A stretch of 64,000 bases of DNA from an uncultured virus (IMG/VR IMGVR_UViG_3300026254_000003) (taxonomy: Duplodnaviria > Heunggongvirae > Uroviricota > Caudoviricetes). Positions 39,961-49,065 of this stretch are shown here, one piece after another (the stretch's first letter is position 1; each line of letters starts with the position of its first letter). Made by a program: the position numbers and the translations under genes. Under the pieces are notes generated by a model. The model had not been told where the DNA came from. It saw only the letters and a list, made by a program, of their open reading frames with translations, and searched no databases. The DNA lies in the IMG/VR virus record IMGVR_UViG_3300026254_000003; one strand, given 5' to 3'.

Positions 39961-40395
39961 TCAGTAAAGTTCGATAACAAGGTTGTCTTTTCGCGGTGGA
40001 TACCGTGTTGGTGCTACGCGACGATGCATCCGCGCCTTTTCAGTAAGCGCGCGCTCAATACCCTGTTGAATATACAATTTGGACTCAGGAAGATGCAGAT
40101 CATTAACAAAGAGTCTTGTGCGATAGCGTCCGTTGCAAGGATGGGGAGGGATAATAAACGGGTGTTCCGCCAGTGAAGGCGTAAATATAGCCTGCCTCGG
40201 GCAAAGTTCGCCGCGAAAGCAAAACTCGTCACTGTTCCATGTTGCGCGACCTACCGATGAAAGCCAAAGAGGCGCGGGTGGGCTGCACTGAATGCGACAC
40301 TGAAGCACCTCTATTGCATAAGCAAAAGCGCCGTTTTTGTAACCCTGGGATAAAAGGTATGCCTTACTGATGTTTGGTGCAATGTCTGTTGTCAT
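39961..40395 (-). CDS. hypothetical protein
   Basis: 144 aa, AGGGA RBS. Confidence 0.6.
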   Translation of the reverse strand: MTTDIAPNISKAYLLSQGYKNGAFAYAIEVLQCRIQCSPPAPLWLSSVGRATWNSDEFCFRGELCPRQAIFTPSLAEHPFIIPPHPCNGRYRTRLFVNDLHLPESKLYIQQGIERALTEKARMHRRVAPTRYPPRKDNLVIELY

Positions 40396-40453
40396 GCGCT
40401 ATTTCCCTGAAAGCGCTGCATGACTCTTGTGATAGAGGCATGCAGGTAACGTT

Positions 40454-40621
40454 TTATGATAACGACAATGGCGCAGGTGCTTTTGATGTTGAGATATTGG
40501 TGATATCCTCCGCGGTCACGCCATGCTCTTTGTTTATCTGAGTTAGGAAGTCAGCAAGGTTATGCGCTATGCCACGTAAGGTTTCGCCGTTTTTTTGTGT
40601 TGCTACAAAGCTTGTACGCAT
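40454..40621 (-). CDS. small hypothetical protein
   Basis: MRTSFVA start, GGAG RBS, follows the 40623 ORF. Confidence 0.55.
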   Translation of the reverse strand: MRTSFVATQKNGETLRGIAHNLADFLTQINKEHGVTAEDITNISTSKAPAPLSLS

Positions 40622-40622
40622 G

Positions 40623-40901
40623 TTATTGGTCTCCATGTTCGCTGTGTGATGCTGCGTCATACGTTGCGCAGTCCAACGCGAAGTCAGCATAAAGTTCGTC
40701 TTCGCTGGCCTCGCTCGTAAAAATAAGGCCATTATTTGGGTCAAATGGCGTAAGTTCGCTCGTGTCGATGATAGGTGTTTCTATAGGCAATGAAGTTGGT
40801 TCAGCCCCCTGCATCATCGCCTCATACTCTGCATCATCATCTCGCACCTCATCATCTGTCATGTTGCTGTAGAAAATGGGGTTATCGTTAGGGTTAAACA
40901 C
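40623..40901 (-). CDS. small very acidic protein
   Basis: 92 aa, GTG start, AGGAG RBS, repeat 40914. Confidence 0.75.
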   Translation of the reverse strand: MFNPNDNPIFYSNMTDDEVRDDDAEYEAMMQGAEPTSLPIETPIIDTSELTPFDPNNGLIFTSEASEDELYADFALDCATYDAASHSEHGDQ

Positions 40902-41008
40902 GATGTAAACTCCTGTTTCGTTGACAGGATGAGTATCTCAAAAACTGAGAGTGTTGTCAAGATTAAGTGCGTATTGCGCCTTACTCTCGTAAAGCGCATA
41001 CCGTTACA

Positions 41009-41512
41009 TTATGACGCCTTGCTACACAGCGACTGAGAGAGCGCCTGTTCTGCGTTGACGATATCATCAAGCGCCTTTTGAGCGGCGTTGACTTCAGCGG
41101 TCTTTTCTTCTTTGAGTTTCTGAATATCCTCAGCATACACACTCAACGCATACGCACGGCCTTCTTCATTAAGAAAATCCCACAGCGAGAAGATAGTCAC
41201 GTAGTCATTGTAGACACTATTCAACCTTGCGCCTTCTACTTGGATTTTGCTGAGGTATTCTACGCCACCTGCACCAAGAGGGAAAGCGCCGTCAATCTGA
41301 ATCCCGTACTCGGCATTATAATAACACGACCATCCATTCCCTTTGCCTAGAAAACTTTCAGGTGTTGTGAAGCTGATATCCAAGAAAGATAAAAGCGACG
41401 ACATTTTAAGTCGATTTTCGCTGCGGTAGCTTATCTTATCTTTGTCTAACTGAGCAGCAAGATTTTTAATCGCCGGTGGCAGTTCAAATCGTGGTGATAC
41501 ATTCTTTTTCAT
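41009..41512 (-). CDS. hypothetical protein
   Basis: 167 aa behind repeat 41530. Confidence 0.8.
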   Translation of the reverse strand: MKKNVSPRFELPPAIKNLAAQLDKDKISYRSENRLKMSSLLSFLDISFTTPESFLGKGNGWSCYYNAEYGIQIDGAFPLGAGGVEYLSKIQVEGARLNSVYNDYVTIFSLWDFLNEEGRAYALSVYAEDIQKLKEEKTAEVNAAQKALDDIVNAEQALSQSLCSKAS

Positions 41513-41626
41513 GAGCGCGCTCTCTGTGTTGTTGTGTTGACAAGGTTAGTATCTCAGATGCTGAGAGCGTTGTCAATGGGTTTGACCTCGCACACGCAAG
41601 GCCAATGTCAGAAATAGCGATTGACG

Positions 41627-41971
41627 TTAGCTGCCAAGGTAGGTGCGCAGTGCGCGTTTGACGTCATTGGCATAGCTAGACGCTTCGCTTTCAGCCGCAT
41701 TTTTTTCTTGCTCTGCCTCCTCCGCTTCCTCGCTCTCCATGTCAGCGTTGTAGTAGGTGTCTTCAGCGAGTTTAAGTTCGCCTACGGCATGCGCCCAATT
41801 TTCATATGCCGAAAGAAGCTCATCGGCGTCCGCGTCCTCAGAGACATTGCGCTCTCCCATAGACTCACCCACGAGTGTTTTCACGAGTGTGGTGTCAGGC
41901 TGATGGTTCGCTAGCGAGTCTAACACGGTGGACTCAAGCTCTGAAGTCGATGGTGATTGTTCGTTGCTCAT
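41627..41971 (-). CDS. small acidic helical protein
   Basis: Start MSNEQSP after repeat 41990. Confidence 0.8.
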   Translation of the reverse strand: MSNEQSPSTSELESTVLDSLANHQPDTTLVKTLVGESMGERNVSEDADADELLSAYENWAHAVGELKLAEDTYYNADMESEEAEEAEQEKNAAESEASSYANDVKRALRTYLGS

Positions 41972-42137
41972 AGTGAGGCTTCTCTCTGTTGTTGTGTTGA
42001 CAGGATAAGTGTCGCAAAAACTGAGAGCGTTGTCAATAATTTTGTGCACAGTGGTTGATTATTAAACGACGAAACCGCCAGAGGGGGAAGCAAAAAAAGG
42101 CGCAGTGCGCCTTTCAAATGGATGTTGTCACAACGTG

Positions 42138-42728
42138 TCATTCCCATTCTGATTGCGTCAGTATCATGGTAATGATCGCATCCCCATCATCATGGCGAGC
42201 CATCACATCGTCATGCCATGCCACAATGTCGTCGCGACCCACTTCTTTGACCCGTGCCAGCCACGTTTCTCTCACCTTGCCTTCAGGGGCTTCGTCAGGG
42301 TAAGGCGCAATCAAATCCTCTGGCGTGTCACCGTTGTTGACTAAGTCGCGTAGCACCACGCCCTCTTTAGCAAAATGAATGCGGCTTATGACGTTGGCGT
42401 ATATCGTGACTAAATCAATAGTGTAACCCAGGGTTTTAAGTAACGCATTCGCGTCCTCTAGCTCAGCCTGACTGTACTCAGGTGGTAGGGCAGCAAATGA
42501 GCGAGCGCAGGTGCGGAACTGAACCGCCATGGGGATAACGGCATTAACATCCGCGGCACCACCCGCATTGGCTTCAAGTATGGCGGCGATATTCGCCTCA
42601 AGGGTTTCTGCATCGCACAGCTCGTCAAACGCGACCAGTAACAACGAAACAAACGCAGTGCTTTTGCCATTGATGCCAGAGCGTAGCGCATCAAGGTATT
42701 CTTCAGATAGTGGAACAGCGTTATTCAT
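42138..42728 (-). CDS. hypothetical protein
   Basis: 196 aa, AAGGA RBS. Confidence 0.75.
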   Translation of the reverse strand: MNNAVPLSEEYLDALRSGINGKSTAFVSLLLVAFDELCDAETLEANIAAILEANAGGAADVNAVIPMAVQFRTCARSFAALPPEYSQAELEDANALLKTLGYTIDLVTIYANVISRIHFAKEGVVLRDLVNNGDTPEDLIAPYPDEAPEGKVRETWLARVKEVGRDDIVAWHDDVMARHDDGDAIITMILTQSEWE

Positions 42729-42779
42729 GTTATGAATTCCTTTACATGGGTGTGCGCCACAATGGGCGCACAGGCGCAG

Positions 42780-42971
42780 TTAACCGTTGTCGGATACAGG
42801 GGCGCTTTGCACAAGCTCATTAAGATCAGCCATAAGCTGTGAGACTGCCTGAGACACTTCGTACGATTTTGGGTTAGACTCATCAAGCGCATTGATGATT
42901 TTACGTTTAAGCTTGCCTGCTTCGCTCGCGACCTCGCGAACTAATTGAATTTTCTTTTCTGACATTGTCAT
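42780..42971 (-). CDS. small hypothetical protein
   Basis: GGAG RBS after repeat 42979. Confidence 0.7.
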   Translation of the reverse strand: MTMSEKKIQLVREVASEAGKLKRKIINALDESNPKSYEVSQAVSQLMADLNELVQSAPVSDNG

Positions 42972-43068
42972 TCTCCGTTGTTGTGTTGACCAGGTGAGCA
43001 TCTCAAATTATGCGTGCGTTGTCAATGTTTTTCTCATTAAATTGAAAATAATCAAATTTAACAGGCGC

Positions 43069-43260
43069 AAAAAAGCCCGCCAGCATAACCTGGTACGGGC
43101 GTTGTCGTCACAACAATGTGAGGGTCGGCGGCGAGAAGGCGTCAACACAACAGGCCGCCGACGTAAAGGGTGCCCGGCGAAGGCGTTTTACGTCAACAAA
43201 ACAACAGGTGCCGGGACTTTAAGTTCAATACTGATGGTTGACGCATCAGGGCGCATTATC
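43069..43260 (-). ncRNA. Putative multi-hairpin RNA (3' UTR or sRNA) with loops antisense to the shared cassette leader, ending in an intrinsic terminator
   Basis: GC stems 43124-43132/43154-43162 and 43173-43178/43210-43215 enclose GTCAACACAACAG and GTCAACAAAACAACAGG on the plus strand; terminator 43069-43100 is oriented for the minus strand. Confidence 0.55.
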
Positions 43261-43261
43261 C

Positions 43262-43630
43262 TTATCCTTGATTCATTAGAATGGTTGCCAAGGCACCTTC
43301 GTATTCGGATAAGTAATCGCTCTCAGGGTTAGTGGCTAAGACGAGTGTAAGCACAATGATAAGGCTATCTCGCATCTGACCTACTAACTTATAGTTCATG
43401 TTACCTAACGGCTGGCTCGCAATATGATAGAGCAGGGAGGTTTTGGCGATGTACTCACTGCCGCAGACCCCGTTTTCAGCATTAAGTTTTTGTTCCATTT
43501 TGAGCACATCATCAAGCTTCATCGCCAATAGCGACGATTGCGCATTCAGTTTATCTCGCAGCGCTGTCCACAGTTTCCCCACGTTAACACGGTTTGTTTT
43601 TTGTTTATTGTTCGTTGATGCGTGAGACAT
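43262..43630 (-). CDS. hypothetical protein upstream of the putative antisense RNA
   Basis: 122 aa, AGGAG RBS. Confidence 0.75.
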   Translation of the reverse strand: MSHASTNNKQKTNRVNVGKLWTALRDKLNAQSSLLAMKLDDVLKMEQKLNAENGVCGSEYIAKTSLLYHIASQPLGNMNYKLVGQMRDSLIIVLTLVLATNPESDYLSEYEGALATILMNQG

Positions 43631-43702
43631 GATAGCTCCTGTTGAACGATGATTGTGTTAGGTCTTGATAGGGGTGGCAAATCGCCACCCGCATAGTGTT
43701 AC

Positions 43703-44194
43703 TTAAAGGGCCTCGTAGTTGATGACCAGCGCGCGCACTGCGTCATCATCCTCATCCCCCTCCTCAACTACGGCGTAGCCAGAGTCCGAGGATGGGCTGC
43801 GGTTAAGATAAACCTCATTAACCTCATTAAAACCAATCGCCTGAATCGTATTTCCGCGGTCTCCGTAGTTCCACGCAGCGACAACAAGGTCGTCATCATC
43901 AAGTCCCGTTAGGTTATCGAGAAAGTCGCCTACCGTCATATGTTCAGAGACGTCGCCCGGTTCGAAGAAGTGAATAGGGGTGTCGCTGTCATCTTCATCG
44001 CCCTCCTCAACCACGGCATACCCAGAGTCTGAGTAGCTCGATGAGGTGATAAAGCCAGATGTAAGGTCGCCCAGTGGTACTGCCTGCATCGTTCTAGCGC
44101 GGTCACCGAACGTGCATGTTGCTACAACAATGTCATCGCGATCAAAGTGAGATAGCGCGTCGATGCATTCAGCTTTGGTTAGGGTTGAAATCAT
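43703..44194 (-). CDS. very acidic protein with internal tandem duplication
   Basis: Two copies of DD.VVA....GDR..T.QA........SDSGYAVVEEGDEDD; repeat 44208 upstream. Confidence 0.85.
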   Translation of the reverse strand: MISTLTKAECIDALSHFDRDDIVVATCTFGDRARTMQAVPLGDLTSGFITSSSYSDSGYAVVEEGDEDDSDTPIHFFEPGDVSEHMTVGDFLDNLTGLDDDDLVVAAWNYGDRGNTIQAIGFNEVNEVYLNRSPSSDSGYAVVEEGDEDDDAVRALVINYEAL

Positions 44195-44312
44195 GGTGTT
44201 GCTCCGTTGTTGTGTTGACAGGGCTAGTGTCTCAAATGCTGTGTGTATTGTCAATGTTTTTTTATAAGCGTGGGGAGATTATTGTAGATAAATATCTCCC
44301 CGCTAACGATAA

Positions 44313-44663
44313 CTACATTGCTTCCACGGCGTTGCGCAAATCACGCAGCGCATCAGCAAGCTCGCCCTGAGTAAACTCTACTGCTTCGTGAGCGTCATCG
44401 ATATCATCAACATCGTCGTCACCCTCTTCCTCAGCAGCCTCAATTGCCTCTACGGTATTCATCGCATTGACCCACTCCATGAAGGTATCATCGACGCGTT
44501 TAATGTTTACCGCAAGGTTTTCAAGAGAGGCCTCTACCGCTTCTTTGAACAGTGCATCCACGCCCGCAATGTTTGTGCTGTCGTCGTTGTTGTCCATACG
44601 CGCTTGAATGCTTGCGCATGAAGCCAAGATTGCTGTTTTAAGTGAGGCAGTCAGTGTTGACAT
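44313..44663 (-). CDS. small acidic helical protein
   Basis: 116 aa, GGAG RBS, repeat 44679. Confidence 0.8.
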   Translation of the reverse strand: MSTLTASLKTAILASCASIQARMDNNDDSTNIAGVDALFKEAVEASLENLAVNIKRVDDTFMEWVNAMNTVEAIEAAEEEGDDDVDDIDDAHEAVEFTQGELADALRDLRNAVEAM

Positions 44664-45023
44664 AAAGTGTTACTCCGTTGTTGTGTTGACAGGATTAGTA
44701 TCGCAAAACCTGTGTTTATTGTCAACGTTTTTTTCATGTTTTCCTAAAAAAACAGCGAAAGTCAAAACTTAATTTATTATGCCGCGTACTTAGCGGCAAT
44801 CGTTTGCAGCCACGTTACGTCATAGCGCTCTGCTGGCACCCACTCTTGGTCGTTTTCAGACCACCATTCACCTTGGGCATTGACCCAAAACAAGTCTCTG
44901 CATTTGCTGTCATCTTGCTTCGGCCCCTTTAGGACCCAAATCAAAGTTAACCATTATATATTTCCTTGTTGTTTACGTATTGCGTGACAGTGAACGTGCC
45001 ACGCAAGCGCCGTGTGCGTTTAT

Positions 45024-46418
45024 CTAATGTTGCCGAGAAAACCCCGTGATCAGAACGAAGTGATGTCGCGGGGATGAATCGGTAAATTCAGGTTGACAGC
45101 TCTACTATATACAGTAATCTATACAGTATATGAAAAAGACGCTCAGATACAATTACAGGCTTAAGCCAACGCTGGAGCAGGAGGCTAGACTCATTGAGTT
45201 TGGTGCAACAGCCCGTGGCATTTGGAACCTGCTGTTGTCTGAAACAATGCGTCGATACGAGTACGATAAGACGTTCTTGTTTTACAGGGATATGGCTTCA
45301 TTGCTCAAAGAACTAAAGTCTTTTGATGAGTTTGCTTGGGTAAAGGCGTTTGACTCAGCAGCAGCCCAGCAAGTCGCAAGAGATCTGGAAACAGCACTAA
45401 AAAACGCCTTTTCAAAAGGTCGGTTGCAACGTTTTCCAAAACATAAAGTCTCTTATAAGCGAAAGAAGCTTCACAATGACAGCTTTCGAGCGGTGAACAA
45501 TTCCAATTGCATACGCATTGAAAATGACTCTATTAGCATCCCAAAAGTGGGTAAAATACCCATCATCTTACACCGCGACTTAGTGAGCCAAATTAAGACC
45601 GTTACTGTCCAGTATCGTCATGGAAAATGGGAATGCAGCATTACGCAAGAAGTGGAATGTAAAGCCGCTAAAAAACTACTGGAAAGCATCACAGGTTTTG
45701 ATATTAACTCTAAGCAAACGGTAGTGGGCTCAAATGGCTTTACTGCCAACAACCCGAAGTTCTTAAAACAATCAAAAGAGAAATTAAGCCACTTGCAACG
45801 CCAGCTTGCAAGGCGAAAGAAAGGGTCTAATCGCTGGCAAAAGACCAAGCAACGCATCAATAAGCTTCACGGCAAAATCTCACGGCAAAGACTCGACTTT
45901 GCACATCAAGTGTCACGACAGATAGCCAATGAAACTGATATTCTGGTGTTTGAGGATTTGAATGTGAAAGCGATGCAAAAGTTCAACGGCAGTATGGTGG
46001 CTGACAATGTGATGGGCTTAATTACCCAGCTCTCGAAATACAAGGCTGAGTTGGAAGGTAAGCTCTATCACGAAATTGGTCGCTTTGAAAAATCCACAGG
46101 GATTTGTTCAGAATGCGGCCAACGCCATGTTTTAACATTGAGCGATAGATATTTCACCTGTACTGCTTGCGGAACGTATCAAAACCGCGACTTCTCAGCG
46201 GCTAAAAGCATAGCAAAAACAGGTGAGACAGACTTAATTGCGGCTGGGATCGTCGCAAGGGTAATCCCCATATCTCAGCAGAAATCAGCTAGTAAAGCGA
46301 AAGCCTTCGAGCTATCGAAGTTTGCTGTTGGATCTGAGAAAAAAGAAGCGGCCTAGCTTCAAAGCTAGACTGTAGAAGCCCAGTGATCAGAGCGAAGCGA
46401 TGTCGCTGGGTAGTTCAC
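45024..46418 (+). mobile_element. IS200/IS605-family element carrying tnpB only (IS1341-like, non-autonomous)
   Basis: Homologous subterminal hairpins 45042-45073 and 46379-46410 (gtgatcaga.cgaag.gatgtcgc); right end ...GGGTAGTTCAC; candidate target motif TTTAT at 45019-45023; no tnpA. Confidence 0.8.
45130..46356 (+). CDS. tnpB: RNA-guided endonuclease TnpB
   Basis: N-terminal YRLKPT.EQ...L....G..R..WN; RuvC D (GFDIN), E (VFEDL), D (NRDFSAAKSI); CSECG/CTACG zinc finger. Confidence 0.93.
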   Translation: MKKTLRYNYRLKPTLEQEARLIEFGATARGIWNLLLSETMRRYEYDKTFLFYRDMASLLKELKSFDEFAWVKAFDSAAAQQVARDLETALKNAFSKGRLQRFPKHKVSYKRKKLHNDSFRAVNNSNCIRIENDSISIPKVGKIPIILHRDLVSQIKTVTVQYRHGKWECSITQEVECKAAKKLLESITGFDINSKQTVVGSNGFTANNPKFLKQSKEKLSHLQRQLARRKKGSNRWQKTKQRINKLHGKISRQRLDFAHQVSRQIANETDILVFEDLNVKAMQKFNGSMVADNVMGLITQLSKYKAELEGKLYHEIGRFEKSTGICSECGQRHVLTLSDRYFTCTACGTYQNRDFSAAKSIAKTGETDLIAAGIVARVIPISQQKSASKAKAFELSKFAVGSEKKEAA

Positions 46419-47386
46419 GCCAAGCCAGTAAATGCCTGACGTCGAAGGTCGTCCTCATGGAGGTGTATGCCGCCGCCAAAGCAGGGTGCGTCGTTGTGCG
46501 CCAAGATGAACATCATCGATGCCGGAGAAAAATGCAGTGTGTACCCATCCAGTAACGTATAGATATGCATGCCGTCTCTGATTGAAAGTGGCGCGAGTGG
46601 TAGCAATGCGGCTGGTAGTGGAACGGTGATTGTCCCCTCCAGCACCCCCTCTTCAAGAAAGACGGTCAGGAGGTCTAGCTCGCTATCAACGACATCCTGG
46701 GAAACCGAGAATATCGCCATATCAGAGAGCGTGTAGCGTTTCATTACCTCGTCGCTATCCAGTGCAAAGGGGATGCCGGCGCTTGTGGTTAAAATCATTG
46801 ATTCGAGCAAGGTGAATGCCTGTGACGCCATTGCGCTGTCTGACATTTTAATGTCATCAAACAGGCCATCTCTTGACATCGATAACACAACCGCAGGCGC
46901 ATCGCTTTTTGACGTGATGCAGGTTGCGAGATCTTCATCACTGGCAGGGTAGGCCTCATCCATAGCAAGGAGCTCAAAACGTTCATCAATGCGATCATGT
47001 TCGAAATCGTTGTCCTCTAGGGCGATGGCATCAAGTACAGAAAAGTGGACGCCAACTTCAACCAAATAGTCGGGTGCATAGTCTTCGTGTTTGTTTTTGT
47101 GTAAAAACTCCCAGCGACGAACATGCGTCACACTATTGTAATGCGCGAACATTTCATGGGTGTTATTAAAGCCAAGCAGGGTGGCTGTGATGTCGTCGGC
47201 GACGCGCACGTCGAGCTTGCTCTCGCCTTTTGAACCGATGGCTTTGCTCATTGCAGCCTGGACAGCAGGATCATTAATGGTGTGTGATAGCAGGACAGCA
47301 AGCTTATTCGGGGAGAATGATTCTCGCAGTGAGTCTCGTAGCCCCTGCATGTGTGATTTAGACACGATCTGTTGACGTAATGACAT
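46415..47386 (-). CDS. hypothetical protein, long-leader class
   Basis: MSLRQQ start, GAGGA RBS; promoter TTGACT...TATATT near 47554-47582. Confidence 0.8.
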   Translation of the reverse strand: MSLRQQIVSKSHMQGLRDSLRESFSPNKLAVLLSHTINDPAVQAAMSKAIGSKGESKLDVRVADDITATLLGFNNTHEMFAHYNSVTHVRRWEFLHKNKHEDYAPDYLVEVGVHFSVLDAIALEDNDFEHDRIDERFELLAMDEAYPASDEDLATCITSKSDAPAVVLSMSRDGLFDDIKMSDSAMASQAFTLLESMILTTSAGIPFALDSDEVMKRYTLSDMAIFSVSQDVVDSELDLLTVFLEEGVLEGTITVPLPAALLPLAPLSIRDGMHIYTLLDGYTLHFSPASMMFILAHNDAPCFGGGIHLHEDDLRRQAFTGLA

Positions 47387-47629
47387 AAGGTATTCCTCAT
47401 TAATGGTGCGCTTGTGCCCCGTTCCCAATCGCACCCAAGGTGTTATGTCGTTGTATGTAACGTACCACAGGTGAATAGGTAAAGATGTTGCTTACGATTT
47501 TGGCCAAAGGGGCGGCGTAGGTCGTATGGCCTACACTCCATCGGAGCAACTTAAATATATCAAACGAACAAACTAGAGTCAACAAAAAAAGACCCTTTAG
47601 GGTCTTTTTGTTAGAGCGCTGAGTGCCGC

Positions 47630-47878
47630 TTACGCGTTGTCTTTTTGCGAAAGCACAAAGTGATGCGTGACGGTGTTGACGGTTTCAACGTAAGCGTCTG
47701 CGTCCCCGCCAAAGTCATAATCGACCGTTTCGCCATCTTCTATGCCTGCATCCTCAAGCGCGGTCTGCGCCTCTTTGCTAAAAATAAGCGCGATGCCTTG
47801 ATTGCTGTCTCCCGGCGTCATGTACTTGCGTAGCACCTCAGCATCTTCGGGTGAAACAAAGAGAACCGTTGCTGCCAT
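47630..47878 (-). CDS. small acidic protein
   Basis: 82 aa, GAGG RBS. Confidence 0.7.
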   Translation of the reverse strand: MAATVLFVSPEDAEVLRKYMTPGDSNQGIALIFSKEAQTALEDAGIEDGETVDYDFGGDADAYVETVNTVTHHFVLSQKDNA

Positions 47879-47956
47879 AAAAACCTCGCTTGGTGTATTC
47901 GCCTGCGGATACGCCCGCAGGCTAGTTGGAAATAGAGTGTAATGAGTTGCGTGGCG

Positions 47957-48322
47957 CTATGCTATGAGGCGCGCACCAAGCAACGAGAGCTGGATGAGCA
48001 ATAAAACAAGCCCTGTTGCAATAAAAATAAAGAAGTAGGCAAGACCCGCGTTATTGTCGTTGTGCTCTGGCACCTCCAAGAACACACACAACGTAAATAA
48101 AGCGCGTGTGATGATGTTGCCACGCCCATACCCTTTGTTGAGCGTGTAGGCAAGCATCAAGAAGGTAAAAGCCAATGTGCCTGCTAAGAAGCCACTCATT
48201 GCCTCTGTGAGCGTGAGACCGGCTACCACGCTACCAAGAACCATCGCGATAGGGAAAACGATGTTAAGGTGTAGCGTGCTTGCTAATGCAAGGTACCACT
48301 GTGGGATGCGAAGCTCATTCAT
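47957..48322 (-). CDS. membrane protein
   Basis: MNELRIP start, GAGGA RBS, 3-4 hydrophobic helices. Confidence 0.7.
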   Translation of the reverse strand: MNELRIPQWYLALASTLHLNIVFPIAMVLGSVVAGLTLTEAMSGFLAGTLAFTFLMLAYTLNKGYGRGNIITRALFTLCVFLEVPEHNDNNAGLAYFFIFIATGLVLLLIQLSLLGARLIA

Positions 48323-48371
48323 GCCGATATGTCCTCTAGTTAATAGTCGTGGTGCTAGGAGATAAAAAGGC

Positions 48372-48761
48372 TCAGTTGCAGCCTTTAAATGCCCATTCAC
48401 CGTCAAGCGTCGAGACAAGCGTATTGGCAAGTGCGCCACACACTTCATCGGCTTTTCTCCATGACACGACAAGATCAAAGCCAAGGCATGAGCCAGACAG
48501 CATGTCGTCATTAGGGTTCTCAGGATCTTCAACTAAATGCAAGCGTCCAAAACCCTCTTTGCCATTGACAAGAATATCGATACCTTCTCCGTTGTCATCC
48601 CCTTCATCCGTGAAATCCTGGAAGGGTTTTAGTCGGATAGTGTTCTTTTTGCCATCGTCTCGTGCTGATAGCGTTAAAGAGGTGCGAACCTGACTGGCGC
48701 GTTCAATGAAGAAAGCAACCTGCTCTGGGGTAATGGTTGACGCTTGAACGGTAGTGCTCAT
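48372..48761 (-). CDS. hypothetical protein
   Basis: 129 aa behind repeat 48777. Confidence 0.8.
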   Translation of the reverse strand: MSTTVQASTITPEQVAFFIERASQVRTSLTLSARDDGKKNTIRLKPFQDFTDEGDDNGEGIDILVNGKEGFGRLHLVEDPENPNDDMLSGSCLGFDLVVSWRKADEVCGALANTLVSTLDGEWAFKGCN

Positions 48762-48887
48762 GGTGTTTTATCCTGCTGCTGTGTTGACAAGGTTAGTATC
48801 TCAAAAACTGAGAGCGTTGTCAAATAAAAAGGCTATCACAAATAAAATAATCTGCTATTATTAACATCATGTTCACAAGGAGGTTGG

Positions 48888-49046
48888 ATGATGACTAACG
48901 GAATATATGGCGTCGTGTTCGGTGGTGCCGTGGCGCTGGGAATATCACTTATCGCTTTATTTTTACCCGAACTACAAACAGTAGCCCCTGTCGCACTTTC
49001 AGCGCTAGGTTTGGCTGTTGGGTATGCAGGGCGGCGTAACGTATAG
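48888..49046 (+). CDS. small 2-TM membrane protein (52 aa, not in ORF track)
   Basis: AAGGAGG RBS; MMTNGIYGVVFGGAVALGISLIALFLPELQTVAPVALSALGLAVGYAGRRNV. Confidence 0.7.
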   Translation: MMTNGIYGVVFGGAVALGISLIALFLPELQTVAPVALSALGLAVGYAGRRNV

Positions 49047-49065
49047 TTACGCCAACAATGTAGCG

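Noticed and set aside
44777..44960. Trp-rich open frame on the minus strand next to the IS left end
   Set aside because: No in-frame start codon after the RBS; possibly a decayed small gene, but it cannot be supported.
45100..45130. LexA box in the tnpB promoter (tatatacag repeats)
   Set aside because: Only half-sites; no CTG-N10-CAG.
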